Shown here one piece after another: positions 45,807 to 54,170 of a DNA stretch of 64,000 nt (position 1 is the first letter of the stretch; each line of letters opens with the position of its first letter). The stretch is from Vicinamibacterales bacterium. Its GTDB lineage: Bacteria > Acidobacteriota > Vicinamibacteria > Vicinamibacterales > UBA2999. The position numbers and the translations under genes were made by a program. Below the pieces are notes generated by a model. It worked only from the letters and a program-made list of their open reading frames with translations. It was not told the origin of the DNA and searched no databases. Location of the stretch: the NCBI GenBank assembly GCA_035571515.1, contig DATNCQ010000037.1, forward strand, positions 2,823 through 66,822, written 5' to 3'.

Positions 45807-46870
45807 GAGGCAATCCCCAGCCGGCACTTCCGCGCCCGGAAGCGGAGCGGAACGTCGGCGTTGGTTTCAATCGATTCGTAGATCGCGGTGATCAGCTCGA
45901 GCGACTTGCGGCCTTCCCATCCGTCGACGAGCGCCGCCTTGTTGGTGCGCAGGGCGGTGACGACGCCGGCGAGGTAATCGCCGTGGTTGCGGCCGAGACC
46001 TTCCGGGTTGCGGCCGTAGGTGGCGAAAATCTCGTCGTCGATCGGCTGCTTGTCGGCGAAGCTCCAGGTATGCAGCTCGTTCATGAAGAAGCCGCCGATG
46101 ACGACGCTGCCTTTTTCCCCGAGGATGCTGATCGACCCCTCGAGGTCCTTCGGGCGCGTCGCCGTCGTCAGCTCGAGGACGCCGAGCGCGCCGGAATGGA
46201 AGCGGATGACCGCCGCCCCGGTGTCCTCGCACTCGATGTTCACCAGGCGCGTGGCCGCCATGCTGCGGACCGTTTCCACCGGCCCCATGAACCACGTCAG
46301 CATGTCGATGTGGTGGGCGCCCTGGTTCATGAAGACCCCGCCGTCGTGCGCCCACGTCCCGCGCCACCGCTCGGAGTCGTAATACTTCTGGTCGCGGGTC
46401 CACCGCAGCCGCACGGTGCCGAGGACCAGCCGCCCGAAACGCCCCTCGGCGAGCGCCTCGCGCGCCTTGACGATCGCAGGGTTGTAGCGGTTCTGGTGCA
46501 CGACGAACAGCTTCACGTTGCCGGCGTCACACGCCTCGAGCATCCGGTCCGCGTCCTCGAGCTTCAGCGCCATCGGCTTTTCGACGACGATCGGCCGCTC
46601 GTACTGCACCAGGTCGAGCACGTTGGCGCAGTGGGCGCCGCTCGGCGTCAGCACGGAGATGACGTCGATCGAGCCGTCGAGCTCGCGCATCATGTCCGCG
46701 ACGCTGGCGAAGGCCGGCGCGCCGAACTTGGCGGAGAAGTCGCGCGCACGGGAGATGTCGAGGTCCACGAAGGCGCCGATTTCGGCCCCCTCCACGTAGT
46801 GCTGCAGCGCGTGCGCGTGCTTGCGCGCGATGCTGCCGCAGCCGACCAGGGCAAACTTCAATGTGTTCAT
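45803..46870 (-). CDS. Gfo/Idh/MocA oxidoreductase (WbpB-like)
   Basis: ATG 46870 overlaps the upstream stop (ATGA). LKFALVGCGSIARKHAHAL and PIVVEKPMAL. Confidence 0.85.
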   Translation of the reverse strand: MNTLKFALVGCGSIARKHAHALQHYVEGAEIGAFVDLDISRARDFSAKFGAPAFASVADMMRELDGSIDVISVLTPSGAHCANVLDLVQYERPIVVEKPMALKLEDADRMLEACDAGNVKLFVVHQNRYNPAIVKAREALAEGRFGRLVLGTVRLRWTRDQKYYDSERWRGTWAHDGGVFMNQGAHHIDMLTWFMGPVETVRSMAATRLVNIECEDTGAAVIRFHSGALGVLELTTATRPKDLEGSISILGEKGSVVIGGFFMNELHTWSFADKQPIDDEIFATYGRNPEGLGRNHGDYLAGVVTALRTNKAALVDGWEGRKSLELITAIYESIETNADVPLRFRARKCRLGIAS

Positions 46871-48036
46871 GCGCTCAACTCTCCACAAAGTGATTGATAC
46901 AGGTTGACCAGCTCCGTGCCCTGCCGCTCCCAGCCGTACTGGCGGAGGAAGTCATGTGCCCGCTGCACCTGCCCGGCGCGCCGCGCGGGGTCGAGGTAGA
47001 GCCGGTGGATGGCGTCGGCGAGCGAGGAGACGTTCTCCGGCTCGTAATACGTCACCATGTCGTCGCCGAAGTAATGCTCGATCGCCCGCAGGCGCGGGGC
47101 GATGGCGGGAATGTCCTGCGACACGTACTCCATCAGCTTGACGGGCAGCATCAGGTCGGTCGCGATGTTCTTCCGGTTGCCGACGACCCCGAGGTGCATC
47201 AGCGACAGCCGCGCGGGCAGCTCGTGCAGCGCGAAGCCCTTCGGCGCGAAGTGCACGCGGTCGGCGATGCCGAGCTCCGAGGCGAGCCGCTGGAATTCCG
47301 CGAGGTCGTCGCCGTGACCCCAGAGGTGCAGCTGGATGCACGGGATGCGTGCCTCAACGTCGGCAACCGCGCGGATGATCAGGTCCACGCCGAGACGCCG
47401 CGCCATCGTGCCGTGATACACGAGGTTGAATTCCCGGGCGCCGTGGCGGGACGCGTCGCGGTCGCGCGGCTGCCCGAAGATCGACGGATCCGGCACGTTC
47501 ATCGAAATGAACGTCTTCGCCTGCGGGATGCCGCGCGCGACGAGCGTCTGGCGCTGCGGGTCGTTGACGCAGATGACGATGTGGGCGACGAGCGCGCTGA
47601 GCCGCTCCTCGAGCAGCAGCGCCTTGCGCAGCGTCGAGCTGACGGTGAACTTCGTCGCGAACGTCTCCGGCACCGAATCGTGGACGTCCAGCACCACCTT
47701 GCTGCCGCCGAGGCGCGGAATGAGGCCGGCCAGGACGAGGAAGTCGGGAATGTTGTGGACGTGCACGACGTCGAGCTCGCCCCTGAAGAGCAGCCGCAGG
47801 CACGCCGCCGACGAGCAGAGGAGGAAGAGCACGTACGACAGGACGTAGGCGGCGGTGCTCTTGCCCCGGTACTTGCGGACGCGCAACTCGCGGATTTCGA
47901 CGCCGTTGAGCGTCACCTGCTTCCGCACGTCCGCATTCGTGGTGGTCAGGCAGCGGACGTCGAATCCCTGCGCCGCCAGCGTCTCGGCCTCGCGACGGAC
48001 GCGCGCATCGATGGTGTAGTCCGTGTAGGCGATCAT
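46867..48036 (-). CDS. Glycosyltransferase, GT4/GT1-clan
   Basis: ORF 46867..48273, ATG 48036. VVHVHNIPDFLVLAG, VLDVHDSVPE and EX7E-type PVKLMEYVSQDIPAIAP. Confidence 0.8.
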   Translation of the reverse strand: MIAYTDYTIDARVRREAETLAAQGFDVRCLTTTNADVRKQVTLNGVEIRELRVRKYRGKSTAAYVLSYVLFLLCSSAACLRLLFRGELDVVHVHNIPDFLVLAGLIPRLGGSKVVLDVHDSVPETFATKFTVSSTLRKALLLEERLSALVAHIVICVNDPQRQTLVARGIPQAKTFISMNVPDPSIFGQPRDRDASRHGAREFNLVYHGTMARRLGVDLIIRAVADVEARIPCIQLHLWGHGDDLAEFQRLASELGIADRVHFAPKGFALHELPARLSLMHLGVVGNRKNIATDLMLPVKLMEYVSQDIPAIAPRLRAIEHYFGDDMVTYYEPENVSSLADAIHRLYLDPARRAGQVQRAHDFLRQYGWERQGTELVNLYQSLCGELSA

Positions 48037-48059
48037 GCAGACGAAGCGGCGGCCGGCTC

Positions 48060-49676
48060 TCACAGGTGGACCCTCGTCGAACCGCCCTCGAAGAGCTGAA
48101 CATCCGGCGAAGCGCCGCGGCCACCAGCCGATCGATGCACCTGGATGGCAGCCGCTGGAAGCGCGGCCGGCGGCGGCGCGGTCACCGTGACGCCCGTCGA
48201 GCTCGCACCGATGAAGCGGACCGACCGGCGCCATTGGAACCACGACACCGCTTCGCCGGCGGTCGCAAACCACGCCCCGCCTGTCGCGTCGATGGCCTGG
48301 AGCAACTCACCGTAGGAACGCCCCCAGAGCCGCTCGGGAGCGAGGCTCCGGTCGTGCCAGTTGATGACCAGCGTCCCGCCGAACCGCTGTGCGTTGGCGA
48401 TGAGCGGGAGACAGCGCTGCATCGCGTCGCGCCGCTCCAGCCCCATGCGCGAGGAGTAGAAGAGCGCCGAGTCCATGATCGACAGCGGCAGCTCCATCAA
48501 ACCCTGCGTACCAGGCAGCTTGAACGACTGCGACGTGCCGGCGCGGTAGCCGATCGCGTCGTTGTAGCCCCACGTGGAGTCGTAGGAAAAGCCGGCGGCT
48601 TCCAGCTGGCGCGGTGAGTCCGCGCCGTAGTACAGCCAGTGCATCCGGACGCCCGCGGACTGGTGGCCGGTAACCGACGCCAGCTGCTCGATTTCCGCGC
48701 GGCCGGCGTCGGCGTCGCGCCACGCGTCGATGCCGTGCACCGCGAGCTCCGATCCGCTGCGCGCCAGCCCGGACAACTCCGCGCGGATCTCGCTGACCTC
48801 GTACGGCACGCCGCGCTGTGGCTGGACGCCTCCGTCGGGCGACACGCCGGGACGATGCTTGAACGGCACCAGGAAGAACGTGGAGCGGCGTCCCTGCTCG
48901 ACTTCGCGGTAGCTGTCGAAGGGACGCCAGGGATCGGGAAGCACCCCGGTGAACACGAACGGCACGGACAGGGCAGCGGCCCAGTTCCGTGCGGCTTCAC
49001 CCGCGGACTTCCGTCCGCGCGCCAGGTCGACGAGCGTGCCGCAGGAAGCCCTGTAGAGGAAGCCCGCAAGCGTGCGGTCGAACTTGTGGCGCGTCAAACC
49101 GAGGAAGTCGATGTCGTGCGTCAAGCAGCAGGTGAAGTCGAACCCGTACGGGCGCGGTGGAATCTCGACGAACGAGACGGCCGACTGCTGCAGCGCGTGC
49201 CGCAGGACCGCGATGTGCAATTCGAGCGTCGGCACGGCGGCGTGCGAGACCGGCTGGCCGTTGGTGAGCAGGTGCCCCACTTCGTGAAACAGGTCGTAGC
49301 CGATGCGCCAGACGGCCCGCGAGCCGGTGCAGCTGCGGTAATCAGCGGCCTTGCCGTCGAGGGTCAGCACGGGGCCGGTGGTCGTGCGATCGAACTGCGC
49401 GGAGCCCCCGTAGAGAGGCAGCTCCGACCGGTCCCACGTGAGACTGATTGCCCCGTCGACGCGCGTCACCGGGATTCCCGACTGCCGATCCGTCACCTGT
49501 TCGTCTGAGCCGTAGAGGAGGAACACGCGCGCGTCGAGACCCGCGATGCGGCCATCGGTGCTCAGCACCACGTCGTACGACTTGGAAGCGACCGCGGGCT
49601 CCCAGGCGGTCTTGAACAGCTCGAAGAATTCCCGGGCCATCTCCAGGTCCGCGGGAGAGGCGGCGACGCCAATCAT
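48060..49676 (-). CDS. Hypothetical, deacetylase/(beta/alpha)-barrel carbohydrate-esterase-like
   Basis: 538 aa. FTCCLTHDIDFLG, ELAVHGIDAW and GGTLVINWHDRSL resemble divergent polysaccharide-deacetylase-like proteins. Function is tentative. Confidence 0.5.
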   Translation of the reverse strand: MIGVAASPADLEMAREFFELFKTAWEPAVASKSYDVVLSTDGRIAGLDARVFLLYGSDEQVTDRQSGIPVTRVDGAISLTWDRSELPLYGGSAQFDRTTTGPVLTLDGKAADYRSCTGSRAVWRIGYDLFHEVGHLLTNGQPVSHAAVPTLELHIAVLRHALQQSAVSFVEIPPRPYGFDFTCCLTHDIDFLGLTRHKFDRTLAGFLYRASCGTLVDLARGRKSAGEAARNWAAALSVPFVFTGVLPDPWRPFDSYREVEQGRRSTFFLVPFKHRPGVSPDGGVQPQRGVPYEVSEIRAELSGLARSGSELAVHGIDAWRDADAGRAEIEQLASVTGHQSAGVRMHWLYYGADSPRQLEAAGFSYDSTWGYNDAIGYRAGTSQSFKLPGTQGLMELPLSIMDSALFYSSRMGLERRDAMQRCLPLIANAQRFGGTLVINWHDRSLAPERLWGRSYGELLQAIDATGGAWFATAGEAVSWFQWRRSVRFIGASSTGVTVTAPPPAALPAAAIQVHRSAGGRGASPDVQLFEGGSTRVHL

Positions 49677-49701
49677 AAGTAGCGGTTCACGATGTGAGTG
49701 C

Positions 49702-49731
49702 GAGAGCGGGTCCCGGGCGAGACCCGCTTTC
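49702..49731 (-). other. Intercistronic GC hairpin
   Basis: AGCGGGTC-ccgggcga-GACCCGCT is an 8-bp core stem that can be extended. It lies in the 93-nt gap between the oxidoreductase stop and the next start. Confidence 0.3.
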
Positions 49732-49769
49732 AGATCTGCGGCGGACCGTGGGTGGCCCGCCGCCGTTCG

Positions 49770-50861
49770 TCAGAGACGAACCAGCCGACCCTGCGCCTTG
49801 AGGGACTCCTCCGCGGCTTCGAGCAGCCGCACCACGCGCAGGCCTGCAGCGCCGTCGTTGATGGGAGTTTGATCCTTCAGCACGCAATCGAGGAAATACC
49901 CGAGTTCGACCTTCAGTGCTTCGGCCGAATCGACCTTCGGCGCCCAGACGTCGCCGGTGCGGTAGCTGACGAGCAGGTCGTAAAGTCCCTGGCCGCTGGA
50001 GACGTCGACGCCCTTGTCGTATACCCGGATCTTCTCGTCCGGTTCGAGGTCGTTCCAGACCAGCATCTTGTCCTTGCCGCCGATGAGCGTCGTCCGGACC
50101 TTGACCGGCGACAGCCAGTTGACGTTGATGTGCGCGATCAGGTTGCCCGGGAAATACACCGTGATGAACGCCATGTCCGCCAGGTCGTTGAAGTGCTTGC
50201 CGCCGGTGGCGACGACCGCTTCCGGCTGCTGGCGGATGATGTGGTCCATGATCGACAGGTCATGCGGGGCGAGGTCCCACACGACGCTGACGTCGTGCTG
50301 GAAGAGCCCGAGATTGACGCGCGTCGAGTCGAAGTAATAGAGCTGCCCGAGCGCGCCCTTGTCGACCAGGTCCCGGATCTTCCGGACCGCGCCGCCGAAG
50401 AGGAAGGTGTGGTCCACCATGATGCGGAGGTTTTTCCGCTCGGCCAGCTCGATCAGCTGCTCTGCCTGCTGCGACGTCGAGGTGAACGGCTTCTCGACGA
50501 ACACGTGCTTGCCATGTTCGAGGGCCGCCTTCGCGAGCTCGAAATGCGTCCAGACGGGCGTCACGATCGCCACCGCGTCGATGTCGGGCGACCGCAGGAC
50601 CTCTGAGAACTCGGTCGTCGCATGCACGCCGGGGTAGGCCCGGGTGACACGCTTCAGGGCCGTGGGGTTCTTGTCGCAGACCGCGGCCAGCTCGCACGTC
50701 TCGAGGCCGCTCAGATTCCTGACGATGTTCGGCCCCCAGTAGCCGTAGCCGATGACGCCCACGCGGACGGCGCTTCGGGCTTTGTCGACCGGGCGAGTCT
50801 GAATGGGCTGGGACCGGTCGACCTCAATCGAGCCAACCGCCGGGAGGGCGCGTGTAGTCAT
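49770..50861 (-). CDS. Gfo/Idh/MocA oxidoreductase
   Basis: VRVGVIGYGYWGPNIVRNL and HVFVEKPFTS. Confidence 0.85.
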   Translation of the reverse strand: MTTRALPAVGSIEVDRSQPIQTRPVDKARSAVRVGVIGYGYWGPNIVRNLSGLETCELAAVCDKNPTALKRVTRAYPGVHATTEFSEVLRSPDIDAVAIVTPVWTHFELAKAALEHGKHVFVEKPFTSTSQQAEQLIELAERKNLRIMVDHTFLFGGAVRKIRDLVDKGALGQLYYFDSTRVNLGLFQHDVSVVWDLAPHDLSIMDHIIRQQPEAVVATGGKHFNDLADMAFITVYFPGNLIAHINVNWLSPVKVRTTLIGGKDKMLVWNDLEPDEKIRVYDKGVDVSSGQGLYDLLVSYRTGDVWAPKVDSAEALKVELGYFLDCVLKDQTPINDGAAGLRVVRLLEAAEESLKAQGRLVRL

Positions 50862-50903
50862 GAGCCTTTCCTAAGTGAGTGTGGTGATTGGAGGACCGAC
50901 GGG

Positions 50904-52055
50904 TCAGCAGGCGCCTTTGCCGGATACCACCGCGCGCGGCGTTGCCAGGAGAATCTTGATGTCGGTCCAGACGGAGCATTTCTTCGCGTATCGCAGGTCG
51001 AGTCGCACCATTTCGTCGAACGTCGTCCGGCTGCGTCCGGTGACCTGCCACAAGCCCGTGATGCCCGGCTTGGCGTCGAGCACGCGCCGGTGGTGCCACG
51101 GCTTGTACTGCGCGACTTCGTACGGAATCGGCGGCCGCGGGCCGACGAGCGACATCTCGCCGGTCAGCACGTTGAGGAACTGCGGCAGCTCGTCGAGGCT
51201 CGTCTTGCGCAGGATGCGGCCGATCGACGTGACACGCGGGTCGCTGGTGATCTTGAAGACCCCCTCGGCCGCCTCGCCGCCGGCCTTGCGCGCCGCGATC
51301 AGGTTGCTGACGTACTCGCGATGGATGCGGTCGTCGGCGTTGACCTTCATCGTCCTGAATTTCAGCATCGTGAAGCGCTTCGCGCCCTCGCCGACGCGCA
51401 CCTGGCGGAAGAAGACCGGCCCGGGCGAGGTGAGCTTCACGAGCGCCGCGATGACCAGCAGCACCGGCGTCAGCACGGCGAGCAGCGCGAGGCTGCCGGC
51501 GATGTCGAGGGCGCGCTTGGCGGCCGCCGCGGCGCGCCGGCGGATGCTGCGCGGCCGCAGCGTGCCGAGCAGTTGATCCACGGGCGCCGCGCCCGGCTCC
51601 GCCGGGTCCTGCTGCGCGCGATGGGCGTGCACGCCGATCGACACGCGCGCCAGCGACGGTTCGTCGAGGCGCTTGGCGAGCTCCGCGCGGACGCACTCTT
51701 CGAGCGCGCGGCCCACCTCGCGGTTCGAGACATCGGTGCGGGGGAGAATCAGGCCGAGGACCCGGTTGCGCTCGAGCCACCCCAGGACGTCGGTGCCGCG
51801 CTTGATGGCCGCCAGCCCGTCGACCGCGTGGCGCCAGTTCGTCCGCCCGTCATCAGACATCTCGAGCATCACGACGGCAAATGGCTGGTTCGAGCGGTCC
51901 GCACGCTTGCGCTCACGCAGGACGATGCCGCGGAACAACTCCTCGCCGACGAGGTGCAGCCGATGGTTCTGGTGCACGGGCCGCTGGCGCTGCGTCCTGC
52001 CGCGGGCCGGGCTCGGATATTTGATCCGGACGAAGGTGGTTGCGGTCGCGCTCAA
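50904..52055 (-). CDS. Polyprenyl-phosphate sugar-phosphate transferase (bacterial sugar transferase) with N-terminal degenerate GGDEF-like domain
   Basis: C-terminal LTSPGPVFFRQVRVGEGAKRFTMLKFRTM..DPRVTSIGRILRKTSLDELPQFLNVLTGEMSLVGPRP. N-terminal FRGIVLRERKRADRSNQPFAVVMLEM..RGTDVLGWLERNRVLGLILP. TTG start overlaps the upstream stop. Confidence 0.85.
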   Translation of the reverse strand: MSATATTFVRIKYPSPARGRTQRQRPVHQNHRLHLVGEELFRGIVLRERKRADRSNQPFAVVMLEMSDDGRTNWRHAVDGLAAIKRGTDVLGWLERNRVLGLILPRTDVSNREVGRALEECVRAELAKRLDEPSLARVSIGVHAHRAQQDPAEPGAAPVDQLLGTLRPRSIRRRAAAAAKRALDIAGSLALLAVLTPVLLVIAALVKLTSPGPVFFRQVRVGEGAKRFTMLKFRTMKVNADDRIHREYVSNLIAARKAGGEAAEGVFKITSDPRVTSIGRILRKTSLDELPQFLNVLTGEMSLVGPRPPIPYEVAQYKPWHHRRVLDAKPGITGLWQVTGRSRTTFDEMVRLDLRYAKKCSVWTDIKILLATPRAVVSGKGAC

Positions 52056-52723
52056 TTCATCTGCCTCGCCTGCGGCTGGTACACGCGCACGCGCAGCTGC
52101 CGGGCGAGCTCGTTCGGAAGGTCGGATGCCAAGGCCCGCGTCACGCGATCGGCCATCTGGCGCGAGACGTCGACGACGGGCGCGTCGCCAAGGTGCGTCA
52201 GGACTGCGCCGATGACGCGTCCCTGGCGATACCAGCCGATCACGTCGGTGTCGCGGAGGGAGCCCGTCAGGCTCGCGAACACGCCCGCGCCGATCGCGCT
52301 ATTGATGCCGGACCCCGCGCGCCGATCACGATGGTCGATGAGCAGGAGCACGAACGGTTCGCCCGACGCCTCGAAGCGCTTGCGCTCGATGTCGAGCAGG
52401 AAGCGGAAGGCTTCCTGGTTGTAGGCGGCGCCGTGACCCGCCAGCGCGAACCCGCACGTGCATTCGTCGCCGGCGATCGCGGCCGGCGCGGTCACCCGCT
52501 CCTCGGCGGCGCGCCTGAGGCGTTGTGGCGGCGCGACGCTCCACGCCGGAGTGAGCCCCACGCTACCCTGCGTGCTGGCAAGACGGAACAGAGAGGGAAT
52601 CTGTTTGATTCCAAACATCGGTGCGCGCAACTCCTTGGGGACGAACGGCAAGGAAGTGTGCAAACCGATCGCCATGGCGCACGGTGTCGCGCCGACCTGC
52701 TCAACTCTCAATGCGCCAGTCAT
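52052..52723 (-). CDS. Stand-alone degenerate GGDEF-like protein
   Basis: AFRFLLDIERKRFEASGEPFVLLLIDH..LRDTDVIGWYRQGRVIGAVLTH is paralogous to the N-terminus of the downstream sugar transferase. The start is uncertain (ATG 52723 or 52618). Confidence 0.6.
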   Translation of the reverse strand: MTGALRVEQVGATPCAMAIGLHTSLPFVPKELRAPMFGIKQIPSLFRLASTQGSVGLTPAWSVAPPQRLRRAAEERVTAPAAIAGDECTCGFALAGHGAAYNQEAFRFLLDIERKRFEASGEPFVLLLIDHRDRRAGSGINSAIGAGVFASLTGSLRDTDVIGWYRQGRVIGAVLTHLGDAPVVDVSRQMADRVTRALASDLPNELARQLRVRVYQPQARQMN

Positions 52724-53032
52724 TTATCTGATCTCGTCGCGCGAGTAGCGCGGCGCCGGGCCCGAAAGCGCGCCGACAGTCGCGCTCTGGGCCGCGAAAA
52801 GTCGGCGTGGGGCGGAAGAACCTCGATGGAGTGGTCTGATCAACGGCTTCGGGCTGTGGTGCCGCTGCGGGTAGCGGCTCGAACGACTCGGTGCACGGAG
52901 CTTCGCCCTCTCAGTCACATCCCGCTCCGGCCTGGCAGCGGAATTGACGAATCCGGGCACGTCGCGCCCGCGGCGGTGAAAGCGGCCTCCCACGTCGCGG
53001 ACGTGTCGATGTGTGGGATCGACCTGTCCTTG

Positions 53033-53048
53033 AGCAAGGATTCGTCCC
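53033..53048 (-). promoter_or_regulatory. Weak candidate sigma-54 promoter
   Basis: The minus strand reads GGGACGAATCCTTGCT (GG-N10-GC, TTGCT). It lies about 310 nt upstream of ATG 52723 inside a 492-nt non-coding gap. Confidence 0.3.
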
Positions 53049-53215
53049 GCGACCAACTTCGTTTGTAAGTCGCTGACGGTAAACAGGTTAGGTGGTGTTT
53101 ATGGCTTCAGATCGGTGGGGATGTCTCCGTGGCGGCGGACTTTAGGGGCGCAACTCCCTGACCTTTCGCAGCCTGATTCATCATTTCTTGGGGGAAGTCT
53201 TGTCGGGCGGATCGC

Positions 53216-54148
53216 CTAACGCCGCGGCGGGAGGGTTTCACGCCGGTGCTCGAGGTAGACGCCGGCATATTCGGACCATCCATCGACTTCTTCCTCGACG
53301 CGGTTCAGGACGGTGCCGACGATGTTGTCGCGGCCGATTTCGCTGACGACCCGCTCGACCACCTTGTAGGGGGTGGAGTTGGCCCCGATGACCAGGATCA
53401 CGGCGCGAGTCAGGCGAACGAGCAGTCCGGCATCGGCCATGACGGCGGCCGGCGGACCATCCAGCAGGACCCAATCGAACGACGCCGCGGCGCCCTCGAG
53501 CAAGCGCGTCATCTGCTCCGAGGCGAGCGCCACCATGGGGTCGCCGTGGAGCAGACCCGCCGGCAGGACCGACAGGGTGGGCGTGAGCTCCGTCACGCGC
53601 GCCGCGGTGGGCGACGGCCGCAGCGCTTCGCACAATCCGGGCGCGATCGACGTGCCGAACACGTCGTGCACCGCCGGCCGCCGCAGATCCGCGTCGATGA
53701 GCAGGACCCGCCGGTTGTACGAGCCGCTCAGCGTCAGCGCCAGGTTGGCGATGGTGAGCGTCTTTCCTTCCTGGGGGACGGCGCTCGTCACCGTCACCGT
53801 CCGCAGGTTCTGTTCTTCCTGGAGATGATGCAGCGTCGCCGCAAGCCTGCGGTACTGTTCGACGGCGCACGGCGGCAGCTTGCCGCCCGTGACGAGCTTG
53901 TCCGCGTGCGGGCTCCGGAACGCCTGCCTGGCGGCGGAATCGAACGCCCGCCGAGGCTCGGGGACCCGCGCCGGGGGGTGGATGCTGACGTCGAACGGCG
54001 CGCCGCCTCCCTCGAATGCCGGCTCCGACGGGTACAGGTCGAGGGCCTCCGGCGACCGTCCGCCCAGAGGCGGTTCGAACGAGTCCGCCGCCGGCGCGAG
54101 CACCGCGGGATGGTCCGCCTGTCGTAACGCTTGATCAACTCGACTCAT
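53216..54148 (-). CDS. BY-kinase-like P-loop ATPase (CpsD/CapB; PEP-CTERM-locus type)
   Basis: ORF 53216..54214, ATG 54148 (MSRVDQALRQA). Walker A VTSAVPQEGKTLTIANLA, A' VLLIDADLRRP and B DWVLLDGPP. Confidence 0.85.
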   Translation of the reverse strand: MSRVDQALRQADHPAVLAPAADSFEPPLGGRSPEALDLYPSEPAFEGGGAPFDVSIHPPARVPEPRRAFDSAARQAFRSPHADKLVTGGKLPPCAVEQYRRLAATLHHLQEEQNLRTVTVTSAVPQEGKTLTIANLALTLSGSYNRRVLLIDADLRRPAVHDVFGTSIAPGLCEALRPSPTAARVTELTPTLSVLPAGLLHGDPMVALASEQMTRLLEGAAASFDWVLLDGPPAAVMADAGLLVRLTRAVILVIGANSTPYKVVERVVSEIGRDNIVGTVLNRVEEEVDGWSEYAGVYLEHRRETLPPRR

Positions 54149-54170
54149 GACTCTGTCCGATGCCTCTCGT

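Noticed and set aside
52724-53056. 110-aa minus-strand ORF in the large intergenic gap
   Set aside because: Its Arg/Pro/His-rich composition, lack of motifs and lack of a plausible ribosome-binding context led me to treat the region as non-coding.
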